Assembly (NCBI GenBank): GCA_005798285.1
Contig: SYKE01000199.1
Coordinates: 1 to 54,465 of the forward strand
Reading direction: 5' to 3'
Length of the DNA stretch: 54,465 bases
Origin: Actinomycetota bacterium
GTDB taxonomy: Bacteria > Armatimonadota > SYMT01
Below are positions 35,511 through 44,108 of the stretch, piece by piece. Positions within the stretch are counted from its first letter, which is position 1; every line of letters starts with the position of its first letter. The notes under the pieces were generated by a model, which saw only the letters and a list, made by a program, of their open reading frames with translations, searched no databases and was not told the DNA's origin. The position numbers and the translations under genes are program-made.

Positions 35511-38500
35511 CAGTTCTTTCTCAGGGTGGCTGACTCAAGCGTCAGGGCGAGGATCTTTATCGCCGGCTCGCGGGGAAAGTCAATTCCCACCAGTTGCTTC
35601 AACGAATCGACCGGCAGGGTTACTTGATTCACGTAGCATCGCGATGTCGGGTCGTCGCCGGTGGCGGTGTGCCGGTGGGTGGCCATGAACGCCACGCGCT
35701 CCCCGTGCCGGGGCGGATCGTTCCAGTGTGTAAAGGTCAGGCGCTTCTTGGACGTCGAGCCGTCGCTGTAATAGAAGGTGAACTCGGCTGAGGCATCTTC
35801 TCGGGTGGAGAGCGCGAGCAGGTGCACCGCAGTCCGTGGCAGGCCGGCGAACTGAAGCTGTTGCCCGGCGCACGCGGCCATGTTCGGCAGGCGATCCGCC
35901 TTGTTCGGGAACATGAAGCAGGCGCGCGGGCTCTCGATGTCGTTTAGCGGGCGGGCCCAGAGGCCGCTCGGGTAGAGCAGACTCGGCGCGAGGTTGCCGT
36001 TGGCCGAAGGTCGGGTCACATAGGGGGGCAGAAACTCGGCAGGAAGGGAGTTGCCGCGGGAGTCGATGTTTCCGTCCTGGCGGTTTACATCCGCGCTGAT
36101 CCCGTCCACGTTGAAGTAAGCGTTGATCGGCAGCGGCGTGAAGGTGGGGCTGAAGACATTCACCGGCGCCACGAGTATGTCGGTGCCCTTGGAGCCGGGG
36201 GAAGTGCTGGCGTGGATCCCGTCGTGGAGGAAGTCGAGCACGCAGTACATCGGTCCGAAGTAGTACGGCACGCGGATCGGCACCTCCCGAATGATCGTGT
36301 CGCGCATCACCCACTCGAGGCGGGTCTTGCCCTTGCGCCGTCGCGTGTCCGGCTTCTTGCCGTCCCGGGCCGCCTTGCTCTCTTCAAGCCGACGGGCTTC
36401 TTCGCGAGCCTTTGCTTCTTCGCGAGCCTTTGCCTCTTCGCGCGCTTTCGCCTCTTCACTCATCCGCGAGCGGTCGTCCTTGCCCTTGCCGCGCTTCTTC
36501 TCCGACTCGCGAGCCATCTCGGCTTCCTCGTCGGTCAGCGGGACTTCTTCCTGAACTCGGGAGAACGGCGGCACATCCTCGGGCAGCGGCAGTACGTCGT
36601 CGTTCCACGAGGCTTCCGTGCCGTCGAGGTAGTACCAGTGGACGACGATCTTGTCGCGGTCCTTCTTCCAGGTCTCCGGCCCCATGTTGCGGATGCCGAC
36701 GGTGATCTTCTCAATTCGGCCGGCGACCAGATCGGGCGACAGGCTGCAGCCTGCGAAACTCGGCGCGGGATCGCGATCGACCACCTCCACCGTCTCGCGG
36801 AACACTGCTTCACCCACAGCGGACGCGGGGCGGCCGTCGATCTTCAAGTCCCACTCCAGCACGTAGAACCAATCGTCCTTCGCGGACCAGGTTGTGAGGG
36901 GCTGTCCCTGCGCGTCGTTCGCGGTCACGTCCGCCTGCAGCGAAACAACTCGTCCGGGCGCCACGTCCTCCTTGATCGGCGTTGCGGGTCCTTCGGCGAT
37001 GAGCGTATCGGAGTCCGTGGAGACACCGTGGAGGTACGTGGAAATCTTGCGCCAGCGGTAAGAGAGCGAGGCGGCGCCTGCTTTCCACGGGGCGGAGCCG
37101 TCGTTGCGAAGTCGAATGCGTGTCGGGTAAGTGGCGCCGCGTCGCATCAGGAGCGGCGTGGAGGCTCCCAACCAGCCGGGCCGCACCGCAGGCGCGCCGC
37201 CGATCTTCACCGGAATCCGATAGGGCGCGGTATCCTCCAACGGGAACGGCACGCGATCGTTGCCCACGAGCTGCGCCATGTTGAACTCCAGCTCGTAGTC
37301 ACCCGGCGCCAGCGGCTTGCCTTCCTGGATCGGCGCGACACCGATGAGGTAGCTTTTGCCGACGCCGCGCGCATGGCCCGAGCTGTTCGTCGTGGCGCCG
37401 CGGTCCGCGATCACCTGCCCGTCCTTGAGCCACCGATAGGTGAGCACCGCCAGGTTGCTGGAGTCCCAGTCGGAGGTGCCGGTGTTCTGGACCACCACCT
37501 CCACCTGATACACGTGGCCCGGATCCATCACTCGGGGGGCGCCCGCGCGAATGAAGTGCGCGGAGTAATCGGCGGAGTGCTTGTACTGCAGCACCGCGGC
37601 CCGAAAGAGATCCTTGTAGAGCAGTCCGAACTCCAGGCTGGGGCCGATGTCGCTGCCGGTGGCGTAGTCGTTCCAGGAATCGACGACGATCCAATCGGGG
37701 CGCGCCTGAAGTACGCGCCGGATGTCGTCCACGAGGAGTTGACCATTGTCCCGTGGCCGGATGGTCGTCTTGCCGCCGGAGCCCGTATCGTCGTATCCGG
37801 GCCCAAGGGCCGCGGTTCGAAGCCAGGTGGTGTCGTTGATGCTCGCCTCAGCGCTGCCGGCGGGGTACGGCGCAACGGCGTCAAACGCCTTGACGCGGGC
37901 CTGCAGCACCGGCGTGCCGATCCAGAGGACCCGCGCGCCGAACTCGGCCTGCACCTGCTTCGAGGCTTCGGACAGCGTCTCCGCATCGATGTACTTCACG
38001 GCGGCGTCGCCAATGAGGCGCACGACATAGGCGGTGCCCGTCGGCGCCAGCGCGGGTCCGGCCGGGCTGCCGGCGCGGGCGGAGGGGAGCTGGACGGTGG
38101 CGCGAAACTCCGGCGGCACGTGCAGGAAGAAATCCCGAATCATCCCCTGGAACGAGCGGCGCGTCTCGGGGTCCTTCAGATCCACCGGACCGCCGTACTG
38201 GTCCGCAAGGCCGCTCAGGTCAAGGGCCATCCCCAGACGGGGGTAGTCGTGGGGGCGAGAGAAGGGCTGGTCTTCGGCTCCTCGCAGCTCCTTCAGCGCC
38301 TGCGACATCATGTCGAGGCCCTTCAGCGCGTAGGTCCGGCGGTCCGCCGCCCCGCCCCGGTACATCGCCAGGGCGACATCGATGCCGCCCGCAGCCATGG
38401 TCTGGAACTGCCCTCGATGCCACTGGGCGCGATCGTAGCTGAGCCAGGGCCCTGTGCTCTCCCAGGGGTGCGTGGTGAAACGGGTGGCGCCCTTCGGATC

Positions 38501-38722
38501 CCGAACATCCCGCACGCCCACCCCCTTCCGGGAATCGGCCTGATAGGAATAATGGTAGGTGGCGAAAACCAGCTTCTGGGTGGCTGCGGGCCGCGGTGCG
38601 GGTACATTCTGGGCGCTCGCCGCACTCAGCGACGCCGCCAGCGCGAGTCCGGCGCCGAGTAGGGCCATCCCCCCGCGGAGACGCGCTCCTACTTCGGCGA
38701 TTCTTTGACTCGACTTCCGCAT
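35510..38722 (-). CDS. Large (1070 aa) exported multidomain protein: N-terminal glycosidase-like region, three Ig-like (NxGxxxW) modules, a charged ER/K helix and a C-terminal beta-rich domain
   Basis: ATG at 38722. Signal peptide MALLGAGLALAASLSAASAQN. Repeated modules VVVQNTGTSDW, IRLRNDGSAPW and VGIRNMGPETW. Charged tract ...SEEAKAREEAKAREEAKAREEARRLEESKAARDGKK. The stop and downstream start form TGATG at 35508-35512. Confidence 0.8.
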   Translation of the reverse strand: MRKSSQRIAEVGARLRGGMALLGAGLALAASLSAASAQNVPAPRPAATQKLVFATYHYSYQADSRKGVGVRDVRDPKGATRFTTHPWESTGPWLSYDRAQWHRGQFQTMAAGGIDVALAMYRGGAADRRTYALKGLDMMSQALKELRGAEDQPFSRPHDYPRLGMALDLSGLADQYGGPVDLKDPETRRSFQGMIRDFFLHVPPEFRATVQLPSARAGSPAGPALAPTGTAYVVRLIGDAAVKYIDAETLSEASKQVQAEFGARVLWIGTPVLQARVKAFDAVAPYPAGSAEASINDTTWLRTAALGPGYDDTGSGGKTTIRPRDNGQLLVDDIRRVLQARPDWIVVDSWNDYATGSDIGPSLEFGLLYKDLFRAAVLQYKHSADYSAHFIRAGAPRVMDPGHVYQVEVVVQNTGTSDWDSSNLAVLTYRWLKDGQVIADRGATTNSSGHARGVGKSYLIGVAPIQEGKPLAPGDYELEFNMAQLVGNDRVPFPLEDTAPYRIPVKIGGAPAVRPGWLGASTPLLMRRGATYPTRIRLRNDGSAPWKAGAASLSYRWRKISTYLHGVSTDSDTLIAEGPATPIKEDVAPGRVVSLQADVTANDAQGQPLTTWSAKDDWFYVLEWDLKIDGRPASAVGEAVFRETVEVVDRDPAPSFAGCSLSPDLVAGRIEKITVGIRNMGPETWKKDRDKIVVHWYYLDGTEASWNDDVLPLPEDVPPFSRVQEEVPLTDEEAEMARESEKKRGKGKDDRSRMSEEAKAREEAKAREEAKAREEARRLEESKAARDGKKPDTRRRKGKTRLEWVMRDTIIREVPIRVPYYFGPMYCVLDFLHDGIHASTSPGSKGTDILVAPVNVFSPTFTPLPINAYFNVDGISADVNRQDGNIDSRGNSLPAEFLPPYVTRPSANGNLAPSLLYPSGLWARPLNDIESPRACFMFPNKADRLPNMAACAGQQLQFAGLPRTAVHLLALSTREDASAEFTFYYSDGSTSKKRLTFTHWNDPPRHGERVAFMATHRHTATGDDPTSRCYVNQVTLPVDSLKQLVGIDFPREPAIKILALTLESATLRKN
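36398..36457 (-). repeat. In-frame 18-bp tandem repeat (about 3.3 copies) encoding (EEAKAR)n
   Basis: On the plus strand: cttcttcgcgagcctttg (36398-36415), cttcttcgcgagcctttg (36416-36433), cctcttcgcgcgctttcg (36434-36451), then a partial copy. It lies inside the 1070-aa CDS. Confidence 0.85.
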
Positions 38723-38799
38723 CTGCTCTACTCCCGTGGCGCCGCGGCTTCGGCGGCGCAGCTCCCAACCTCACTCATTTTTGGAGACCGGGTCCAAAC

Positions 38800-38830
38800 T
38801 TGTCACCCGCTCAACGGCTAACTCTACAAT
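38800..38830 (+). promoter_or_regulatory. Candidate sigma-70-type promoter upstream of the SixA-like gene
   Basis: TTGTCA (38800-38805), a 19-nt spacer, then TACAAT (38825-38830). It lies in the divergent intergenic region about 120 nt upstream of ATG 38954. The spacer is at the long end of the allowed range. Confidence 0.3.
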
Positions 38831-38901
38831 GTGACCTGAATCCGGGCCTGTTTTCGAGGGCAATATCCCGGTATGCGTTATTTCAGAGGCGCAAGCCCGG
38901 C

Positions 38902-38930
38902 CCTGGGATCGCGGCAGATCCGCTCGTGTG
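38902..38930. repeat. Degenerate third copy of the REP-like element
   Basis: cctgggatcgcggcagatccgctcgtgtg shares the 13-nt head cctgggatcgcgg and the cgctc.gtg tail with copies A and B. The hairpin is eroded. Confidence 0.35.
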
Positions 38931-38953
38931 GCGGACAAGGGAGCACCGTTGTA

Positions 38954-39448
38954 ATGAGACTCTACTTCATGCGGCATGGCGAGGCGGAGGAACGCCACCC
39001 CCATCGTTCCGATGCCGAACGTGCACTTACCCCGCAGGGTGAGGAGGAGATGCGCCGGGTTGCCGCCGGCGTGCAGGCCCTCAAACTGGAGTTCGACGTC
39101 ATCCTATCCAGCCCCCTCGTTCGGGCGCGGCAAACCGCTGAGCATGTCGCCCGCACGCTCGACATTGAGGATCGGCTCACCCTCACTCCGGTTCTCGGTG
39201 GCGGCTGCCGGATGGGCGATCTTCAAAGCCTGCTCAAGAATTGCTCCACACGCTCTCGAGTGCTGCTGATCGGTCACGAGCCGGACTTCAGCATGCTGGT
39301 GGGAAGTCTCATTGGGGGCGGAATCGTCCGTATCCGCAAGGCATCGCTCGCGTGTCTGGATGTCGCAGTGGTGCAGCCGGGTGGGGCCGAACTTCGGTGG
39401 CTCCTGAATCCGGAACACCTGGCCGCTCTGGCGCCGCCCCTGGAATAG
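38954..39448 (+). CDS. Phosphohistidine phosphatase SixA-like (histidine phosphatase superfamily)
   Basis: ATG at 38954 gives MRLYFMRHGEAEE (RHG catalytic motif). LTPQGEEEMRRVA, ILSSPLVRARQTAE and LLIGHEPDFS are present. 164 aa. Confidence 0.8.
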   Translation: MRLYFMRHGEAEERHPHRSDAERALTPQGEEEMRRVAAGVQALKLEFDVILSSPLVRARQTAEHVARTLDIEDRLTLTPVLGGGCRMGDLQSLLKNCSTRSRVLLIGHEPDFSMLVGSLIGGGIVRIRKASLACLDVAVVQPGGAELRWLLNPEHLAALAPPLE

Positions 39449-39472
39449 CGGGGGCCGAACGGCGGGCCGCAG

Positions 39473-40561
39473 TCAGGGCTTCCACCGAGTCGAGGCGATG
39501 TACCGGTCGCTCTCAGGAGAGTCGTTGAAGTAGTAGACTGCCACGAGCGTGCCGTCCGGTAGGAGCGTGGTGCGTGGATAGCCTAGGTCGTGGCAACCGC
39601 CGTCGGTGCGAAGCAGCACCTCGTCGCTCCAGGTTTCCCCGGAGTCGGAGCTCAAGCGGGCGCGGATCCCGAAGGGCGCGTCGCGATAGCCGTAGATGAG
39701 ACAGAGCCGATCGTCCGGCAGCCGGGTGAGGGTGGCGGGATTGCCGCCGAATCCGGTGCTCGGCGCAGGTCGCCCCACGAGCGACCATGACAGGCCGTCG
39801 TCGGAGCTCCGATACAGATCGAGCCAGCAGCCATCGTTGATGTCCGGCCCGCGCCGCCGGCATCTCAGCGTCGAGAGGAGGTCGCCGTTGGGAAGCCGGA
39901 GCGATGCCGGCATAATGGTGTAGCCTTCGGGCTCGGGGCCGATCCACGAACGGAATTGAAAACTTCGGCCGCCGTCTTCGGTCCGCGCACAGAACACGCG
40001 TCCCTCACGCCCGTCGGATTTCGCGGCGGTGAGGAATACAGTCAACTGATGAGGGCCATCTACAATGCCGTCGGTTCGGCCCGCGATTCCGGGGAGACCC
40101 AGATCGCCGAGGGCGAACGGACCGCTCCAGGTTCGACACCGATCGAGGGACGTGTAAAACCAGGAGATCGCTCCGGCTGCGAGACCGGTCCGGCCGACCA
40201 TCCACACGAGCTCGGGCGCTGTGAAGTCGATGGGGTCGGGGCTGGGAAGGATCCGTTCTCCGGCATCCAGGAACGAGGAGATCTTGAGTTCCGGCTCCAC
40301 ATGCTCGTCCGCCGAGAGGCCGCGACCACCCGGGGTGGCGCAGCGGCAGGGCTCTGAGGTCCAGGTTCTGCCTCCGTCCAGGCTGCGCGCCTGCACGGCG
40401 GTGAACGGACGGGTCCGGTCGCGGGTGTGAAACCCGCCGCCCGGATGGTGGCTGCCGACAGTGAAAGCGGCGACGATTTCCTCGCCCCAGGACCAGATGC
40501 CGTAGTTGGCGGGCCAACCGGCATAGCGTCCCGGCTCTCGATACACAACTGTGTGCTGCAT
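39473..40561 (-). CDS. BNR-repeat (sialidase/exo-alpha-sialidase-like) beta-propeller protein with no evident signal peptide
   Basis: ATG at 40561 gives MQHTVVYREPGRYAGWPANYG. Four Asp-box (SxDxGxTW-like) motifs are present: SLDGGRTW, TEDGGRSF, SSDDGLSW and SSDSGETW. Confidence 0.75.
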   Translation of the reverse strand: MQHTVVYREPGRYAGWPANYGIWSWGEEIVAAFTVGSHHPGGGFHTRDRTRPFTAVQARSLDGGRTWTSEPCRCATPGGRGLSADEHVEPELKISSFLDAGERILPSPDPIDFTAPELVWMVGRTGLAAGAISWFYTSLDRCRTWSGPFALGDLGLPGIAGRTDGIVDGPHQLTVFLTAAKSDGREGRVFCARTEDGGRSFQFRSWIGPEPEGYTIMPASLRLPNGDLLSTLRCRRRGPDINDGCWLDLYRSSDDGLSWSLVGRPAPSTGFGGNPATLTRLPDDRLCLIYGYRDAPFGIRARLSSDSGETWSDEVLLRTDGGCHDLGYPRTTLLPDGTLVAVYYFNDSPESDRYIASTRWKP

Positions 40562-40698
40562 GAAGTCTCGTTCAAACCAGCCCGCCCGGATGGTGCCGGG
40601 GCTTGCGTGAAAGCGCACTCTCGGAGTGTGCAACGCATCACTCCGGGAGTGCCGGCTCAGTCGCCATACTCTGTGTGGGCAGCGGTTTCCATCTGCCT

Positions 40699-40737
40699 TC
40701 CCGGGATGGTTGCGGAGGATCATCCCGGGATTTTTTT
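40699..40737 (+). terminator. Hairpin + T7 (module 1 of a tandem pair)
   Basis: tcccggga (40699-40706) pairs with tcccggga (40723-40730). The loop is tggttgcggaggatca. The hairpin is followed by ttttttt (40731-40737). Confidence 0.6.
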
Positions 40738-40901
40738 GTTTCCGGCGACGTCGAAGGCTGAAGCCCACCGACGCTCGACCACCTGGCTGAACGCTATTTT
40801 TGTTGAGATCGCGGCGCACCCCGGAAGGTGTGGTCTTTTTCATAAAGAACCGTCGCCGCGACGCCATTCTTTATACCAGGCAGCGGGGCGACCTTCTGCC
40901 T

Positions 40902-40941
40902 CCCCGGGGTGGTTGCGGAGGACTGCCCCGGGGCTTTTTTT
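40902..40941 (+). terminator. Hairpin + T7 (module 2 of a tandem pair)
   Basis: ccccgggg (40902-40909) pairs with ccccgggg (40926-40933). The loop is tggttgcggaggactg. The hairpin is followed by c then ttttttt (40935-40941). Confidence 0.6.
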
Positions 40942-41057
40942 GTTGTATCCGCAAGGCGGCTCCAGGCGGGAGTCCAACAGCTTGGACCGCTGCGGCTCCA
41001 TTGGGGGTAGGGATTGCGGTCGCCGTGGGAGTAACTCTTTGGCGAGGTAATCCGGCA

Positions 41058-43070
41058 ATGACACCAGCAGAGCGCTATTCCCAGTGGTTGAACGACACCG
41101 CCCGCGGCCTGAGGGCGGCCGACCCGTCGCCGGGGAGCGCTGCGGAGACCCGGGAGCGTACCGCTCGCATTCGGGCTCGAATGCGGGCATCCGCAGGGGA
41201 TTGGCCGGAATCCCCCGCGCCGCTTCAGCCCGAGATGCACGGAGAGCTGAAGCGGGATGGCTATCGAGTCGAGCTGATCACCTTCCAGACGCGACCGGGC
41301 TGCCACGCGACTGCGTCGGTCTACGTGCCGGATCCCTTGCCGGCGAAGTGCCCGGCGGTTCTCTGCGTTCATGGTCACTGGGCAGGGGCCCGGCGCGATC
41401 CCGTCGTGCAGTCCCGGTGCATCGGCCTGGCGAAGCTCGGATTTGTGGCGCTGACTCTCGACGCGTGGGGCGCCGGGGAGCGAGGCACCCTCATCGGGAC
41501 CAACGAATACCACGGCGGTCTGCTGGGCGCTTCGCTCTGGCCGGTCGGCACGCCGCTCTATGGGATGCAGCTCTACGACAACATTCGAGCGCTGGATTAT
41601 CTCCAGAGCCGCCCCGAAGTGCTTCCCGATCGGATTGGATGCACCGGGGCCAGCGGTGGGGGCAACCAGACCACCCAGCTTTCGGCGTTCGACGATCGGA
41701 TTCAGTGCGCCGTCCCGGTCTGCAGCGTCGGCACCTTTGCCAGCTATCTGACCGCCGCCTGCTGCGTGGACGAGATGCTGCTCGACGCGCTCTCCTTTGC
41801 CGAAGAGGGCGATCTCCTCGGTCTGGTGGCGCCCCGAGCACTCATGGTGATCACCGCCACGCGCGACAGCTTCCATTTCGGTCCCATCGCTTCGGCGGAG
41901 GCGGTCGAGCGGGCAAAGGGATACTTCGAGGCGCATGGGGTGGGCGACCGCGTGCGGCACACGCTCTTCGAATCGGGCCACGACTACAGCCGCCCCATGC
42001 GGGAGGCGATGTACGGCTGGATGGCCCGCTGGCTCAAGGGGCAAGGCGACGGCTCTCCCATCCCGGAACCGACGATTCAAACCGAAGATCCGGAACTGCT
42101 TCGCTGTTTTCCGAAACCGTTTCGACCCGGCCGGGTGATGACCACGGTGGAGTGGGTTCGGCAGCGGGCGGAGGAACTGACGGCCACGGAGCGGGCGCCC
42201 ACGGATGCTGGAGAGTGGGCGACGGAGCGTCGTCGGCGAGTGGAAATCCTGAAGAGTATTCTCCACCTTCCAAACTCCGGCGCTGCCCGGCACACCGCGC
42301 CTCCGGCCGGCGCCGGCGCCGGCCGCTCCACGGCGGAGCTGGAGGTGGAACCGGGCGTCTCGCTTCCCATTCACCTTGAACGCCCCGCAGAGCCACGGGG
42401 TGGAGCGGCGCTGCTGCTGCACCCGCTCGGCGGCGCTGCGGCGCTCGACACCCCTCTGGCACGGGGCCTCGTCGCCGAAGGGATCACGGTCATGGCGCCC
42501 GATCTTCGGGGCTGCGGAAGCATGGTGCTGAAGGCGCAGGGACTCGGCGCCCAGATCCCCGATCACAACCTCTGCGAGTGGTCGTTCTGGATCGCGCGGC
42601 CCCTCTTCGGACAATGGGTTCACGACATTCGGCAGGTCGCCGCAGCCGCGCGAAAACTCGGGTCACCCTCGGATCGCGTGGCTCTCATCGGCTGGAAGGA
42701 AGCCGGGCTGACCACACTCGCCGCAGCCGCGCTCGACTCCTCGGTGCGGGGAGTCGCCGCCCTGGAGGCGCCCGCGACCTTCACCCAGAGCGGGGTTCCC
42801 CACAACGTGCGGATGGTGGCCTTTCAGCCCCATCTGCTGAAGGTAGGTGACGTGCCGATGCTGGCGGCGCTGGCGGCTCCACGTCCCGTGCTGATCGGCG
42901 ACCCCATCCAACTGGATGGCTCCCCCGTCGCCGAGGCCGGACTCCCACGGCTGGCGAAGCTGCCGCTCGCCGTCTACCGCGTCGCGGGAGCCGGAGATGC
43001 CTTCACGCTGAACCGGGGCGAAAGTCCGTCCGCGCAGGCCGTTCGAATCCGGGACTGGCTGCTGGACTAG
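41058..43070 (+). CDS. Alpha/beta-hydrolase-fold protein (acetyl-xylan-esterase / dienelactone-hydrolase-like), 670 aa
   Basis: ATG at 41058. VYVPDPLPAKCPAVLCVHGHW..., nucleophile elbow IGCTGASGGGNQT and later FESGHDYS (candidate His). A C-terminal second lobe is also hydrolase-like (LLLHPLGGAAAL...). Confidence 0.7.
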   Translation: MTPAERYSQWLNDTARGLRAADPSPGSAAETRERTARIRARMRASAGDWPESPAPLQPEMHGELKRDGYRVELITFQTRPGCHATASVYVPDPLPAKCPAVLCVHGHWAGARRDPVVQSRCIGLAKLGFVALTLDAWGAGERGTLIGTNEYHGGLLGASLWPVGTPLYGMQLYDNIRALDYLQSRPEVLPDRIGCTGASGGGNQTTQLSAFDDRIQCAVPVCSVGTFASYLTAACCVDEMLLDALSFAEEGDLLGLVAPRALMVITATRDSFHFGPIASAEAVERAKGYFEAHGVGDRVRHTLFESGHDYSRPMREAMYGWMARWLKGQGDGSPIPEPTIQTEDPELLRCFPKPFRPGRVMTTVEWVRQRAEELTATERAPTDAGEWATERRRRVEILKSILHLPNSGAARHTAPPAGAGAGRSTAELEVEPGVSLPIHLERPAEPRGGAALLLHPLGGAAALDTPLARGLVAEGITVMAPDLRGCGSMVLKAQGLGAQIPDHNLCEWSFWIARPLFGQWVHDIRQVAAAARKLGSPSDRVALIGWKEAGLTTLAAAALDSSVRGVAALEAPATFTQSGVPHNVRMVAFQPHLLKVGDVPMLAALAAPRPVLIGDPIQLDGSPVAEAGLPRLAKLPLAVYRVAGAGDAFTLNRGESPSAQAVRIRDWLLD

Positions 43071-43917
43071 AACCCGGGCCCGGCGTGGCATGCTGAATGG
43101 ACGGGCGCCCTCGAATTCCGTTCGTGCCCAGACTCGTAGGTTTCGCCCGACGAGATGAATTCCAGTCTGCTCGCAGCGCATCCTGGATCCACTTCTTCAA
43201 AGGTAGGGCGCGAATGGCGCGGATCTCTCGACGCATCCTCTCCTGGCGAAAGAGTGAAGTGGGGCTCCACAGCAACTCTCGAAGAGCGATCGCCTCTTTG
43301 TAACCAAGCCGATACCCCCGAGACATGAAGAGGCGGGTGCAGCGTGGGCTATCCGAGAGCAACGATGCTCGGAGCAAGCCCGGGATCGGTTGGTCGTCTC
43401 GGGTCTGCGCGTTTAGAAGCAGGAGCAAGACTACGGGCCGATCTCGTTCCACGGCGGCAATGGCGGCTGGAGCCAGTTCCTGGTTCGTAAGAAGTCCTCG
43501 GGAGCGGCTCTCGGTCACAAGGCGAGCCACCACGGCCAGGTCGCCGACTTGCGCAGCAGTGTACAGGTCAGTACGGAGCCGGGATGCATTTGGGATCTCG
43601 TTCTCGGAGCCGACCAAAAAGCTCCATGCCGACGGAACGACGAGTGTGAGGTACGCCACCAAGCAATGCGCTGCGAGGACTCCCCACGCCAGGCGGACCC
43701 GACGTGAGATGTGGCGCCGCGTCCTGGGTTGGTTCAGGTAATCGGGACTGAGTCGGAGGCGAGATTGCTCTCCGGATCGACGAATCGGCTCCTGCACGGC
43801 GGGACGACTCCTGGGTTCTCCTCGGGCCGCGGAACTCCGAAGCAACCGCAGCCCAACCCCCGCGACGCGGAAGGCGAACCCCTCCGTGAGAGTACGACTC
43901 GGCCCCTTCAGCTTCAT
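43003..43917 (-). CDS. Hypothetical membrane-anchored protein (one TM segment; helical-repeat-like C-terminal part)
   Basis: ATG at 43917. TM segment LAWGVLAAHCLVAYLTLVVPSAWSFLV. An ankyrin-like snippet DLYTAAQVGDLAVVARLV follows. The low-complexity 3' tail overlaps the convergent hydrolase gene by 68 nt, so the true stop is uncertain. Confidence 0.35.
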   Translation of the reverse strand: MKLKGPSRTLTEGFAFRVAGVGLRLLRSSAARGEPRSRPAVQEPIRRSGEQSRLRLSPDYLNQPRTRRHISRRVRLAWGVLAAHCLVAYLTLVVPSAWSFLVGSENEIPNASRLRTDLYTAAQVGDLAVVARLVTESRSRGLLTNQELAPAAIAAVERDRPVVLLLLLNAQTRDDQPIPGLLRASLLSDSPRCTRLFMSRGYRLGYKEAIALRELLWSPTSLFRQERMRREIRAIRALPLKKWIQDALRADWNSSRRAKPTSLGTNGIRGRPSIQHATPGPGSSPAASPGFERPARTDFRPGSA

Positions 43918-44108
43918 CGGAATGCGCTGAGGGCTGTGAAAACCAATATTCTGATCTGACTAAAAGCATTGTGTTGACGCCGATTGAACTCGGCGGATAA
44001 CATTTATTTGACGCGGTGGGAGACCGAAAGGGGATCTCCGTCCGTTCTCCTGTAGCTGGACGCGTCCTTTGGACTGGTTTCACTTCTCCCAGAATCTGGA
44101 GCGTTTGT

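Noticed and set aside
36398-36457. The short direct repeats considered as a possible CRISPR array or other non-coding repeat.
   Set aside because: The units are 18 bp and contiguous with no spacers. They are in frame inside a long CDS, where they encode EEAKAR. This is a coding tandem repeat and not a CRISPR array.
43041-43050. A tRNA T-arm-like string, gttcgaatcc.
   Set aside because: It lies inside the alpha/beta-hydrolase CDS. There is no acceptor-stem or anticodon-arm complementarity around it. I found no cloverleaf-compatible context here or at other ttcgaa sites (23690, 31738, 32210).
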